In this document: positions 1 through 13,499 of the stretch, piece after piece
How positions within the stretch are numbered: the stretch's first letter is position 1
Layout of the letters: each line of letters starts with the position of its first letter
Source of the DNA: Octopus sinensis
Lineage: Eukaryota
DNA length: 64,000 bases
Direction: 5' to 3'
Assembly: GCF_006345805.1 (NCBI RefSeq)
Contig: NC_042997.1
Coordinates: 126,790,001 to 126,854,000, forward strand
Notes under the pieces: generated by a model
Database searches by the model: none
What the model was told of the DNA's origin: nothing
The model's input: the letters and a program-made list of their open reading frames with translations, nothing else
Made by a program: the position numbers and the translations under genes

Positions 1-96
1 CCTTTTTTTATTTGTAATGTGCAGTTTCGTTGATTTTTCATATTTTACCCTTACATTTCCAGGTGTATTTTATATTTTCTTTTCGTAACATATTTC

Positions 97-145
<49 letters not shown>

Positions 146-193
146 ATATCCATATATAAAATCAAAATAAGCAACAAAGATATCCAGAGGTAA

Positions 194-280
194 TGCAGTA
201 CGATCGTTTCATGCAACTCCATTTAATTGAACAATGCAATCATTACATCAATTCAAAATGTAGAGCAATCTTCAGCTGCA
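194..280 (-). ncRNA. Type I hammerhead ribozyme motif in a PLE-like terminal fragment
   Basis: Minus strand reads UGCAG-CUGAAGA-(UUGC...GCAU, long helix II)-GAAAC-GAUC-GUA-CUGCA. Helix I is UGCAG/CUGCA, the helix III loop is palindromic, and the cleavage triplet is GUA. Confidence 0.75.
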
Positions 281-787
281 CAAAGGCATATAATTTAATT
301 AAATTAGAACAGATGAACACATTAGTATATTTATACCTAAAATCGCCAAGAAGTTAGGGAGATAGACAAAGAACATATTGTTTCTACTTCAGCATAAAAG
401 TTACTAAAATTATGAAGAAGACTCTGCCTGCCACTGATTTTTTGTTTTTATGGGGTCAGTTTTAATTTATAGACTAGTTTATCAAATCCCTTGTATATCT
501 AAGGCTGAGAGAACAGAGGGCAGTATGAAATACAGAAGGAAGTAAGAGAATGATAATAGAACTGAGATATGTAAAGATATTGTATTTGCAGTTCCATTAT
601 TCAAGTAGAAGTGTGTATATATGTGGTACAGGAAACTTCTTCACCACTTATATACACCATTCTACTTGTATAATGGAACTGCAAATACAATATACCTATG
701 TATCTCACTTTTATTTTTATTCTTTTACTTCCCTCTATATTTCATATCTTCTCCACAATAATTAATACTCAAACATTTTCTCGCACC

Positions 788-834
788 GTCTCGAGGAAGG
801 GATATATAAAATATCCTGGAAACAGCTGTAAGAC
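788..834 (+). ncRNA. Degenerate hammerhead ribozyme motif
   Basis: GUCU-CGAGGA-(AGGGAUAU auaaa AUAUCCUG)-GAAAC-AGCU-GUA-AGAC. Helices I, II and III pair, but the core is one base short of CUGANGA. Confidence 0.55.
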
Positions 835-896
835 TTTTTCTTGATAAATGTTATGAAAACTACTTACAGCCTTAGATTTTTTATCCCATTCTGTCA

Positions 897-899
<3 letters not shown>

Positions 900-958
<59 letters not shown>
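900..958. repeat. (TA)n microsatellite
   Basis: Pure TA run. Confidence 0.95.
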
Positions 959-963
<5 letters not shown>

Positions 964-969
964 CATGCA

Positions 970-1285
970 TATATGGGTACAAGGCGACACCAAGAGTGCA
1001 GATAGCATGAAATACGTAAACAACATGAAAAAATGGAAAATAGGACAAGTAAACACAGAGCAAGAACCTTTCATCAGTTGTCGGCTGTCTATCTACTCTT
1101 CATTTCGAGTATGATTCTTCAAAGACAGTTGCTCCCATAAATTCTAAAATAAGGAATATGGAAGGTCAAAGAAGTGAACAAAAACATGACAGTGGAGACA
1201 TACAAGGAAACCGAACGAAAACAAACATGGAGGGTCGTTAGACCAGAACGAGAGAAAAATATTGAACGCTGGGACAAACATAGTC
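970..1285 (-). mobile_element. Probable PLE terminal-repeat fragment with a hammerhead-like relic at about 1085-1128
   Basis: Minus strand CUGUC-UUUGAAGA...CGAAAU...AUA-GACAG. The fragment ends at the (TA)n tract. Confidence 0.35.
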
Positions 1286-1290
1286 GTTGA

Positions 1291-1476
1291 TTATTGAAAA
1301 GCTTGCAAGACGCAACGAAAATTTTAGGAAAAATAAATAAGTAAAGGAATGGAAATTTTACCGGAGAGTGTGTTAAATAATAAGGCACTAAAAGAGAATG
1401 ACTCTCTACAGACACAACAAAATATGATCCAACACACGAACTCACATAAAGAATCTTGCAAACCAAATCCCAAAAC
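1291..1476 (+). mobile_element. Unclassified ~190-220 bp interspersed repeat (other copies at 16412-16638 and 16647-16781)
   Basis: Clear sequence match, e.g. TTGCAAGACGCAACGAAAATTT...GAATCTTGCAAACCAAATCC. Confidence 0.75.
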
Positions 1477-1478
1477 AA

Positions 1479-1530
<52 letters not shown>

Positions 1531-2649
1531 ATATATATATATATTCACAAATACACTCACACATATGTATATGAAACATATTGTTTACTTTTTGGTAATG
1601 AATCTAATTCGTTTCCGACTCTCATTTGTCACAACAAAAGTTCGTTGCCACATCAATTAAATTATACGTATTGTGGAACAATTCATTTCAAGACGTCAGC
1701 CTAAACTGAACGTATACACCCAATGCCCCTCTGAAACATTAATAAACAAATAATCATTATTTGTTTATAATAAACGTCAATAAACAAATAACCTATTAAA
1801 AAATAGTACAATAAGATAATAATTAACCCAAATAAATGAAGAGAAACAAAATAGAAATTAATAAATTAAAAAAAAATATCATTCACACCTGATTTGAAGT
1901 AGCTCTCTCTTATGAAGATATAAAAGCTGACGGACATTAAAATATAACATTATTGATGTTATTACATGATAAATAACATAAATAATTTGTAAAACGAACG
2001 AATGATTAATTAAATTAGCAAAAATGTAAATTAAAAATTTAAAGTATTTAAAAAAATAAACTAACTATAGAAAAATTTCATAATTTTACACCTGAGTTTG
2101 GCTGGGTTGTATTTGGAAGAACGGTAGGAGAGCGGTAGAGGAGGAAATTATTGAAGAAGAGAAGAGATCTTTTAAGAGAACGCATTTGTTCTGTTGTAGA
2201 ATCATCAAATTCTTCTATTATTGGAAAAGAAACAGAAATAAAAGCGTCTTGGATTCATTTTAAAAAGGAAGTATTCAGGTTGGATTGTTGCAGTTTATTC
2301 TTCTGAACTGTTCAAAAGTATTGTAATACTTCATTATAAATATAGTAAGCACTTATTTCAACATTATCTAAGAAAGACAGATACATTATTTTAGTGCTTG
2401 TTAGCTTACGCCGGAGACCAAAAAATGGGACGGGGGAGAATCAGTGTTCCACTTTTTTCCTGATACGGCTCCTTATCTTATTTTGTTTCTTTTTAGAATT
2501 CAGTCGTTGTTCCAACGATTTAACCTCTTTCTGCTCAAGCTTATTCAGGTTGTCAATGGTCAAGTTCTCTTTTCTGCTTCCCAAATATTTTTGAGTAATA
2601 CTATTTTACACCCGACGTGTACACTCACGCCATAACCGTAGCACTGAGC

Positions 2650-4050
2650 ATCAACGCAGTCTATTGTGGACCAACAACCGGATTACTACTTCCCACCTTG
2701 AAGGATATGCATTTGTAATCCAGGAACAGGAAATATCAGCCAAATGCACAAAAGGGACAGAGATGCAGGAAAAGCAGTAAAATGTGACAACCGATGCAGA
2801 CTTTGTAGTTATCACTGAAGATATCACCCGCATCATAAGTAGTCATCCGATAACGTCATCACGGTTTTATCTACTGATGAGACTTGATGTAGCTAGAACA
2901 ATGTATAACGAGATTCGTCGAAAGGATAACCCTGAGGACAAAGAAATAAGAACCCATAGTATGGTGGATGTCATAACCACTAATAATAAAAAGGAATATT
3001 GGTGGAATGTTCCAGTGAAGACCTCGATAAAATGTAAGCACAACAGACTTGATATAATGATTTGAGATAGAGAAGAGAAACTGTGTACAGTTGTGGAAAT
3101 CAGCTGCCCAGCGGGTGTTAAAATAAAGCTAAAGATGAGTAAAAAAGAGAATATCTACGCTGAACTATTCAGAAATTTGTACTTACTCTATTCAGATTAA
3201 AAGTTCAGGTTTATATCTTTAATTATTGGAGCTCTGGGATATGTAATATACTGCCTAAATACAAATCTTGAGAAATTAGGGTTCTCAAGACTAGAAAGAA
3301 GAAAGATATATTAACCTAAATCCCATCAGTATATAGTATTTATCATGTGAGTCAATGCCATCACTGGAACTGTAAAAATCTGTAACACTTTCCAGAAATT
3401 TATCATTTAAGTATATATGAGCATGTCTAGATATGCAACTTTACGCATGAGAGTACTCTCTTTTACTCTTTACTCTCTTACTTGTTTCAGTCATGTGACT
3501 GTGGCCATGCTGGAGCACCGCCTTTAATCGAGGAAATCGACCCCAGGACTTATTCTTTGTAAGCCTAGTACTTATTCTATCGGTCTGTTTTGCCGAACCG
3601 CTAAGTTACAGGGAGGTAAACACACCAGCATCGGTTGTCAAGCGATGTTGGGGGGGACAAACACAGACACACAAACATATACACACACATACATATATAT
3701 ATATATATACATATATACGACGGGCTTCTTTCAGTTTCCGTCTACCAAATCCACTCACAAAGCTTTGGTCGGCCCGAGGCTATAGTAGAAAACACTTGCC
3801 CAAGGTGCCACGCAGTAGGACTGAACCCAGAACCATGTGGTTGGTAAGCAAGCTACTTACCACACAGCCACTCCTTAAAACAAAACATACAAACATGCAC
3901 GTATACGTACATGCATGCATACATACATACATAAAATATAAATACCCTGTTGTTGATGTTGAAATTGAAATGAAGGAGCCTTGGATCTAGCTTAAGAATC
4001 GGCTCTTTCTCTAGAGGCAAGATATCTTGAAATAAAACTGAATAATGACA
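2650..4050 (+). mobile_element. 5'-truncated R4/Dong-clade LINE (CCHC region, REL endonuclease, 3'UTR) ending in (CATA)n, interrupted by a SINE
   Basis: Translates to FEGYAFVIQEQEI, YWWNVPVKTSIKCKHNRLDIMI*D...VVEISCP, IIGALG and ITGTVKICNTF. The 3'UTR (3945-4050) runs into ACAT repeats. Confidence 0.8.
3456..3875 (-). mobile_element. tRNA-derived SINE, family A
   Basis: Head with A box TGGCTGTGTGG and B box GGTTCAGTCC, an internal TA/CA microsatellite and an (AAGAGT)-type tail. Many copies in this window. Confidence 0.9.
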
Positions 4051-4102
4051 AACATACATACATACATACATACATATTATATATATGTGGGTGTGTATAT
4101 AA

Positions 4103-4176
<74 letters not shown>

Positions 4177-4368
4177 CAATAATATATATACACACACATG
4201 TAAAATAACGATGGTGACTAGACGCAGTATAAAAGCGAAAAGGAAATTTTCACTATTAATGACTGAGAGTACGGGGTAGCATCTACATTGCTAGAAACAA
4301 GAGTCAAAATGCACAGGTCTATGTTCTGACAGGGGAGATAATCGCTCCACAGCGAGCGAGATCATTAT

Positions 4369-4403
4369 ATTAGCTAGCTAGTTTCGCTTAGTTCATCAGT
4401 AAT
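4369..4403 (-). ncRNA. Degenerate minimal hammerhead motif
   Basis: AUUA-CUGAUGA-ACUAAGC-GAAAC-UAGCUA-GC-UAAU. The core boxes are intact but the cleavage triplet lacks its U. Confidence 0.5.
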
Positions 4404-6316
4404 GACAACTTCGTCACTTGTTAAGCTAAAACCCATCAGTATATAGTATTTACCATATGAATCAATGCCTGATTCAGCCAAATGGTATTATATATGTGCG
4501 TGCGTGCATGTGTGTGTATGTGTGTATGAGTGTATGTATGCATGTATACCTCTACATCTGCACTTGCACACATGTATAAATACATGGTATATAAGCCTAT
4601 CTTGAACTTTTCACAGTTCAATATACCTATACGCACTCCAGTAGAGGTTTACATACACGCATACATGGACACTTAGATATACATCATGTATGCATGCACA
4701 AAAAGATGCATAAGAATAGAAATAGAAAAGATTGCAGAAAATGTATGATACATAGGTTCAGAGCATGGACATTGACTATAAAGTTCAAGATGCGATAGGC
4801 AATGGAATAAAATCTCTAACAATTTAACATTGCCTACATTTGTACTCCGACACTGGAACCAGTGTTGAGAAGAACAATCTTTTTTTGCGTAGGTCTGTGA
4901 TGGAGTGTAGAATTCTTGGAAGAATGACCAACTATCGAGTGTGAAAAAACACCCTATATTTAAAGTGTAAAACTAGGAATGTAGCATACCAAATGAAGTG
5001 CATGAAAGGTTGTGTAAAGACAGTGCCAAATACATAGAGGAGAAACTACCCGCAGTATAGATGAAAGGATTGGGGTGCACAAGCGTGAATAAAGATAAAA
5101 GACACAAGTACCCATACTCTACTAACATATCCTGCTGAAGCACAATGGTTTAACAGACAAGGTTGAGATAAAAGTTGTTCCCATACATCCGAAAGATCCG
5201 GTTCAATAGATTGTAGAAGTGTATTCCGAATACAGACACACATATACACGCACATTCATTAAAACGAATGAGTAGAGTAACAGTATATCTACTACAGAAA
5301 TAAAAGAATGAGGATGGAATAATATTAAAATGAAATCAAACATTACACACACACACATATCTCAAATACGCTTACTCACAAATCACACACACACACACAC
5401 CACACACACACATATATATAGCCAAAGCCTACAATCTATCTACAAATATACACGTTTTATGTCGGTATCAACAAAAATATGAACATATTGAAATTAAAAC
5501 AAATACAATGAGTACAAAACAATAAAATGACAACATATATATAGACGACGTCTGACAACCTACCATATACAAGAAAATTAGTTGGAAAATTTGAAATCAT
5601 TGAGAAAGCAACAGTAATAGTATGAAAATTTCTGACATTCATAATTGAAGTGAACTATAATCAGCGTGGTTGTTTATTGACAATATGACAATGACAGTTT
5701 ATTAGCTACATCAGTTAATTTCCTCTTTATATTAAAGTTATTGTTATTGGTCTCTAGACACCTAATTGAAAGCTGACAAACTTGTCATTGATTTTTTGGT
5801 GGCTCCTAAATGAATGCTGATGGTGGGGAATCGAGTTTTGAAGGAGTTTGATGTCAAACTAATGTATAACATTGAAAGTGTTAGTATATAGTATTTACTG
5901 CAGTACAGTGAATAATTCTTTTAGGCATGCAAGTTTCTTTAAGAGGGCATTCGTTTGAGTTTGTGAAATTACAATACACACACACACTCTCACACACACA
6001 TACACGCACATGCAGGCATGTACGCACACACACGTACACACATACATACATACTCACACACACACACACACACATACTCACACACACAAGAACACATACA
6101 TACAAAAGCAAACTGTTGGAGACCCTTCCCTTTTTTGCTCATCAATTGTAGAAATGGAACATATCTGCATCATTATTCTTATTAACACAGAGCAAGGCTT
6201 TGTACGAGGGTGGGCTGAAAACTTCATAGGCTGACAATGAGCACGCGCAAATATATACATAGGTATGCATATGCACAAACAGCGTAAATCAGAAAAACTG
6301 AAATAAATTTGGATAT

Positions 6317-6763
6317 TATGAGGGTCGAGTGAAAAGTTCAGAGGTTGACCAAGATATTCTCTCAGAACGTGATCAAATGAAGTTTATTTTTCAATGTAGT
6401 TCCCCTTGCGGTCCACACACGTCTTCCGTCGGTGTTGCAGCTCTTGCATGCCATTGGTGGAAAAGTTTTCATCATGTTCCGTTTTTTACTTTTTTTTTTT
6501 TTTACTTTTTACTTGTTTTAGTCATTTGACTGTGGCCATGCTAGAGTACCGCCTTTAGTCGAACAAATCGACCCCAGGACGTATTCTTTGTAAGCCTAGT
6601 ACTTATTCTATCGGTCTCTTTTTGCCGAACCGCTATGTTATGGGGACGTAAACACACCAGCATCAGTTGTTAAGCGATGTTGGGGGGACAAACACATACA
6701 AACATATGCACACACACACATATATACATATATACATACATACATACATACATACATACATAG

Positions 6764-6838
<75 letters not shown>

Positions 6839-8010
6839 CGACGGGCTTCTTTCAGTTTCCGTCAACCAAATCCACTCACAAGGCTTTGGTCGGCCCGAGG
6901 CTATAGTAGAAGTCACTTGCCCAAGGTGCCACGCAGAGGGACCGAACCTGGAACCATGTGATTGGTAAGCAAGCTACTTACCACACAGCCACTCCTGTGG
7001 ATAAAATAGTCATCAACAGCAGATATGACGTCATCATTACTGCGATGCTGTTTCCCAGCCAGGTGTTTTTTATGTTGGGGAGCAGATGATAGTCAAATGG
7101 GGCTAAATCTAAAGAATAGGAAGGCTGATCAACCAGTTTAAAGCCACAGTAACGCACAGCTGCCATTGAAACCAAGGGCTTGTGTGTACTGGACAATTGT
7201 CCTCATAAAACAAAACCCCTTTTGTCAGCTTCTCTGAACGTTTGATCATGATAGCCTTTCGTAACGGCCTCAGCAATTTAGCATAGTACTCTCCATTGAT
7301 GGCGTGGCCCTTTTGAAGATGATCAATGAACACAATGTCTTTTGCATCTCCAAAACTGAGGCCGTCACCTTCACTGCAGATGAAACAACCTTGGCCTTCT
7401 CGGGAGCAGGTGAAGAGGGCGTTTCCACTGCATGGATAATCTTTTTGTTACTGGCTGAAAGTGATGAAGCCAACACTCATTCTGGATACGGAAACGTTCA
7501 TGGAAACCAGCTGGATCTGCCTGAAATAATATTAGAATATTTTCAAATTTCTCACAGAATATACTAATAGCCTTGGCCATTTGAGTTATAGCTTGTTATC
7601 CACCCCCACATGGTGACTATGATCAGGGTTTTCTTCTGTGGTGGCTGTTGCAGGACGTCCAGTCTTTGGGTCATCTTCAAGACTCTCTGTTCCCCTTCTA
7701 AATTCAGCTGCCCACTTATGCACAGTTGATAAAGCTGGAGCTTCACCTCCTAACGTACCAATGAATGCCCATGGGGGATAAGCCCTTTTTCTGCAGGTAC
7801 TTGATAATACCACAATGCCAAATTGTGTATATTAAGAGAGGCCGCTACTACTTACTTTTGAAGTCTTCTTTGAACAGTGAGATGTCAGTTTACCTGGAAA
7901 GAAACTACGCAGTTATTATTAAGAAGAGTTAAAATTTATGCATACAATATTTCACAGCTCTAGCATCATTCCTTTATTGTCGGCCAATGAAGTTTTCAGC
8001 CCACCCTCGT
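6317..8010 (-). mobile_element. Degraded mariner (DD34D) element interrupted by SINE A
   Basis: TIR-like ends TA(T/C)GAGGG..TGAAAA.TTCA. Transposase pieces include VHKWAAEFRRG...EDDPKTGRP, IDHLQKG..INGEYY and PSYSLDLAPFDYHL. Confidence 0.9.
6485..6997 (-). mobile_element. SINE family A
   Basis: Full-length match to the other copies. Confidence 0.9.
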
Positions 8011-8112
8011 ACAAAGCCTTACTGTGTGTTAAATAAGAATAATGATGCAAATATATTCCATTTCTACAATTGATGAGCGAAAAAGGAAAGGGTCTCCAAC
8101 AGTTTGCTTTTT

Positions 8113-8267
8113 TATGTATGTATGTATATATGCATGCATACATGCATACATGCATGTATGTATGTATATATGCATGCATACATGCATACATGCATACATG
8201 CATGCATAATGTATGTATGTATGTATGTATGTATGTATGTATGTATGTATGTATATAAGAATGTATT

Positions 8268-8303
<36 letters not shown>

Positions 8304-8320
8304 GAAGGAGAAAGAGACAG
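8113..8320. repeat. (TATG)/(CATG)/(GA) compound microsatellite
   Basis: Visible tandem repeats. Confidence 0.9.
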
Positions 8321-8439
8321 GTACAAAGAATATCGATTAACACTGGGGGGTGGTATAGTTTAGATCTATTCAGATTGGATGATGCTTGTCCGATATTCAG
8401 TAGAGCAGATTAAGAAACTTTAATGAAATTTCAGTTAAC

Positions 8440-9165
8440 AATCTCACAATATATATTGCCGGTATGGTGGGAGGTATGTTTTTTCAACACTTCAGATAAA
8501 AATGGCGAGTTTAACTACATTCATGCCAGACCTACCTTTATGTTTGTTCTTCATGTCTATAAGAAACAGAGTTAAATTCCTTTGCTTTTCTGTCTCAGTA
8601 ACAGAAGCATCTGTTTTCATTGCTAATACTTTCCTCTTCCCTTCAAATTGCTATGCCTTCGCACCCATTCAAGTTTGTACACATCAAATAGATTACCGAT
8701 TTTTATCAGTACATCAGGCATATCGGTTTCCAGAAACATCTTAAAGATGTTGCATAACTGTTTATTAAGCAACCATCTCACTGTTTTACTTTGGCTTCAC
8801 CAACATTGCAAATATCCATTTATGTTTAATTAATATCGGTAAATTGTTAAAGCTAATATCCATTTACTCCATTCTTAAAACCAGCGTGTTAGTAAATCTA
8901 AAGATTAATTTCACCAACTCAAAGACTTTAACAAATGGAAACAATATGAGTAAAGATTTAAATGACAGCTGCTGAACTTCCAGGATTACTGCTTTTCTCT
9001 TTTGGCTTGTCAGATAGTCTAAGTAACGAATCTTCTAAAATTTGATAGCTCTGTTGCCAAAATGGATTTTAGAATTGATGAGCATATAAAATTCATCAAT
9101 TTGTTTGCTTCTCATTTTTCTTCTGTGCATTTATCTACAGATCATGTGTTCTCAACCTCTGTGGG
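8440..9165 (-). mobile_element. Possible hAT transposase C-terminal remnant
   Basis: Minus-strand ...IDMKNKHKGR...KLAILSEVLKKHTSH resembles the hAT dimerisation tail. TIR-like GTTCTCAAC at about 9148. Confidence 0.35.
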
Positions 9166-9608
9166 GAGGTCACCTCTTCCAAGTATCTTATAATGCGTCT
9201 GCTGTAGATAAAAGTAAGGATTAGGTTAGGTAGAGAATAGGGCAAAGTCAGCGTTATGGAGAGGATACATGGTAGGTTTTGATAGTGTTAGAGTTTAAAG
9301 ATATAGTTAGGGGTAGTTGATTTAGTTTAGATAGAGAGAAGGGTGGAGTTAGCGTTATGGAGAGATTATAGGTCAAGAATAAGGTTAGAATTTAAAGATA
9401 GTGATGGAATTGGTGTTAGAGTTAGATAGTATTAAGATAAAGGTTAGGATTAATGACTGAGGTTGTGCTCATGTTTAGAGTTGGGCCTAAGAGTTGTGTG
9501 TGTAAAGAAAATTTATACAAAGGTGTTTGAAGTTCAGGGAAAATATTTCTCAATGTGGAGTACAAGGGTAAAATGTTAGGGATGAAGAGAGGAGGGAATA
9601 TAAATGTA

Positions 9609-10186
9609 CGAGGGTGAGTCAAACAGTAATGCCATTTTGTTTAGGACGGGTATAATTACCAACATATGAAAATCTATGAAAATCTATCATACATCAAAAT
9701 GAAGCTGGTCCTCAGTGGATCACATCCTTACTTCTCAACATAGTCACCATTTCTCTCAATAGCAATGTTCCACCTTCGAATAATAGCATGTATCTCTGTC
9801 CAGTAAAATTCTGTTGACTGTTCTTTGAGCTACTTCTTCACTACAGTTTTCAATTCCTCGTCACTGGAATGATGTTTGCCTCTCAAACCCTCTTTCATGG
9901 GGCCGAAGAGAGGATAGTCTGAAGGCGCTAAATTATTTCAGTGACGTGGAAATGAAAACTGTAGTGAAGAAGTGGCTCAAAGAACAGTGATTAGAATTTT
10001 ACTGGGCAGGGATACATGCTCTCATTCAAAGGTGGAACATCGCTATTGAGAGAAACAGTGACTATGTCGAGAAGTAGGGATGTGATGCAAAGAGGACGCG
10101 CTTCATTTTGACATATGAAATATGTTCCTGTGTTGGTAATTATACCTGTCCTAAATAAAATGGCATTACTTTTTGACTCACCCTCG
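9609..10186. mobile_element. Palindromic non-autonomous mariner derivative made of two inverted 3' ends
   Basis: TA target duplication and TIR CGAGGGTGAGTCAAA(C/A)AGTAATGCCATTTT. The two halves are reverse complements carrying transposase C-terminal sequence. Confidence 0.9.
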
Positions 10187-10319
10187 TAGTTAGATTAAAC
10201 AGGAGTAGTATATATTTTATGCTTGATACTTATATCGGTATATTTTGTCAGACTGCTAAGTTGTCTCTGTTGTCAAGCGATGACAGAGACAAACGCAAAA
10301 ACGATACACAAACATCTGC

Positions 10320-11200
<881 letters not shown>

Positions 11201-12274
11201 ACGCTGCACCTTCAAAGACGTGTGGTATAAGATACCCCTCACTTGAAGAACATGTCAGTATTAGCTACAGAAAGGACATCCTTCTGTAAATGATTTCCAC
11301 AACGATATATTCAGATAACCCATGTAATCATGGAAAAACGGACGTAAAACAAATACATATATGAGTCGGCAAAGGGGCTTCTACCCACTTTGCCATTCAT
11401 GTATACACGAAATAGTAAACAAACTATCTCATAGCACCTTGGAGTTTGAAGAAATAGATGTAGCAAGCTTTGCTTTTTCGAGAGGAGAATAATTCTAAAA
11501 CATTCACACAATCCTGGTATCTTCCCGAACTATAAAAGACGAAATTTGTAGTCGATGCCCTCATGACAGAAATAGCAATCAAAATCTATTCTACTATTTT
11601 TACAAAGTAAGGGCACACTGGATAATATAACGTTAAATACATTATGTTTGAATAAATGCTTGCCTTCTATCATAAATCTGCTGGACCATTGTCTGGTACT
11701 GCGCCGAACTACTAACAACTGTACAGAGTGAAATCTACGAAGAAACGATAAATTGTTACTTGTTAGTCAATGATGAGGAGAAAGAAAAAATGTTTACAAT
11801 ATTGAAATGTGATGAAAATGAAACAGCATCACATAGAATAATGTTTGATTCATTTCTATTTAACAGCAGAAGGAATATTAATTCCTCAACAGTTATTTTC
11901 TTTTGTCAAATTCTGCCTGAAGGAACGCAACAGCATTTGGTGAATGAAATAGCAGGTTTCAGATAGCACTGTCGTCTGCCGAGAGCTTCTATTAAGCATT
12001 AGCTGCGTCCATTGAGATGTATTTATACAGTGAAGAGAGAAATGGTAACTTAAGGTTTCAGCAGCTACTTCTTAGAATGCCTGAAGGGTATAAGATGTGT
12101 AAGTGTGAAAACTGCTTCATACATTTTGTGTAGGTGCGGGACATACCCCATAGCTATTGTATATGTAGTTGGTCGTTAACACATTGAGATAACTTAACAA
12201 TAAAGAAGTATGTCTATGGTCATTCGACCTTCTGTCATTCTATTCACATCAGGATGCTTTATAGGAAATATTCA

Positions 12275-12440
12275 ATCAATCCCAGCACTTAACTGATCAT
12301 TTATTTTATCGACCCTGGAATGATGAAAGGAAGAAATTAACCTCAGTTAGATTTGAACTCAGAATGTAAACCGTTGTAATATTTACCACGAGACATATTT
12401 TCTGATGTTCTGATGTTTCTGATATTTTCTGCTGAAATAG
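12275..12440 (-). mobile_element. Diverged SINE family B
   Basis: TTTATCGACCC..GATGAAAGG..ATTTGAACTCAGAA core. Confidence 0.6.
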
Positions 12441-12629
12441 TAGTTAAATCTCCCTCGAATCATACCCAAAACAACTTTTAAAAAAATTACCTTGTATTAC
12501 GTGGTTCTAAGTAAATTGAAGACTACTTAATGAAGACTAATCTAGGGCAAAAACACAATAACACCCACATGGAGGTCGTATAGGTGGGATACGTAGTGAT
12601 AGAGTTAGTATGTACTATTAGGTGTATTA

Positions 12630-12885
12630 CTGATGGTTTCCCGGTTTCCTTGGCGTATAGGTTCCCCACCTGGACGGGACGCCGGTCCGTCGCAGGTGAG
12701 CTGCAGGTGAGAGAAAGTTGTGGCGAAAGTGTCAGCAGAAGTTCGCTATTACCTTCTACCGGAGCCGCGTAGAGCTTAGTTAGGTGTTTTGCTCATAAAC
12801 ACACACATCGCCCAGTTCGAGATTCGAACCTGCGATCCCTTGACCGCGAGTCCGCTGCTTTAACCACTAGGTCATGTACCTCCAC
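12630..12885 (-). mobile_element. tRNA-derived SINE, family C
   Basis: Head GGAGGTACATGACCTAGTGGTTAAAGCAGCGGACTCGC...GGTTCGAATC. Shares its core with 58405-58690 and 60181-60475. Confidence 0.8.
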
Positions 12886-13137
12886 GATTGAAGATATACT
12901 ATATAGAATTGTATAGATGATTGATATGCCACATGTTATTGTAGATGGTAGATAGACCTCATGGTTTTTTTTATAACTGGCTGGTGTATATGTCACATAG
13001 ATATGGAGAGAATGGTAGATATATACGAAATGGATAACATATAGATGGCGTATGTACCGCATGGATATCGTAAAGAACGTGGCTGTACTAGTATATAGCT
13101 GGTTTGGTTGGCGTATAGTTAAAATCAAGAAATAGTG

Positions 13138-13474
13138 CTGAGTGTTAAAAAGACAAGAAACAAGGTCTAGTGGCGTAGAAAGCTTTCTCAGTGCTCAGGG
13201 ACAAAAACGTATTTGCCATCAGCACCTAAGTTAGCTAACATGATGGGCCAAAAGAAATTTATTTGCACCTTCAAACCTGAGCTCAAGATACTGCCCTTCT
13301 TGTCTTTCTACTGCTATATAACATTATAACAGTCCCTTAATTTTTTTCAGCTTTTAAGGAGTATCGTGTAGAGTTGAAAATAAATCTGGCGTCATCAGCA
13401 AAAAATTCTGTGGGCTCGTTCAGTTGCTTAAAATTTTTAGGTACTGAAAATCCACAAGCGGTTGGTATCTTGAA
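13138..13474 (+). repeat. 337-bp direct duplication, copy 1
   Basis: Near identical to 15876-16212, with about two differences seen. Confidence 0.95.
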
Positions 13475-13499
13475 TATTGTATATATGACGGTAAATCTG

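Noticed and set aside
1605-1705. Additional hammerhead on the minus strand
   Set aside because: The core reads CUGACGU and no helix I pairing was found.
1885-2620. Minus-strand exon-like segments (QKYLGSRKENL..., EEFDDSTTEQ...)
   Set aside because: No recognisable family, weak donors, and an in-frame stop in the next candidate exon.
9210-9490. Interstitial telomere
   Set aside because: Only highly degenerate GTTAGG/GTTAGA-like repeats, with no true TTAGGG array.
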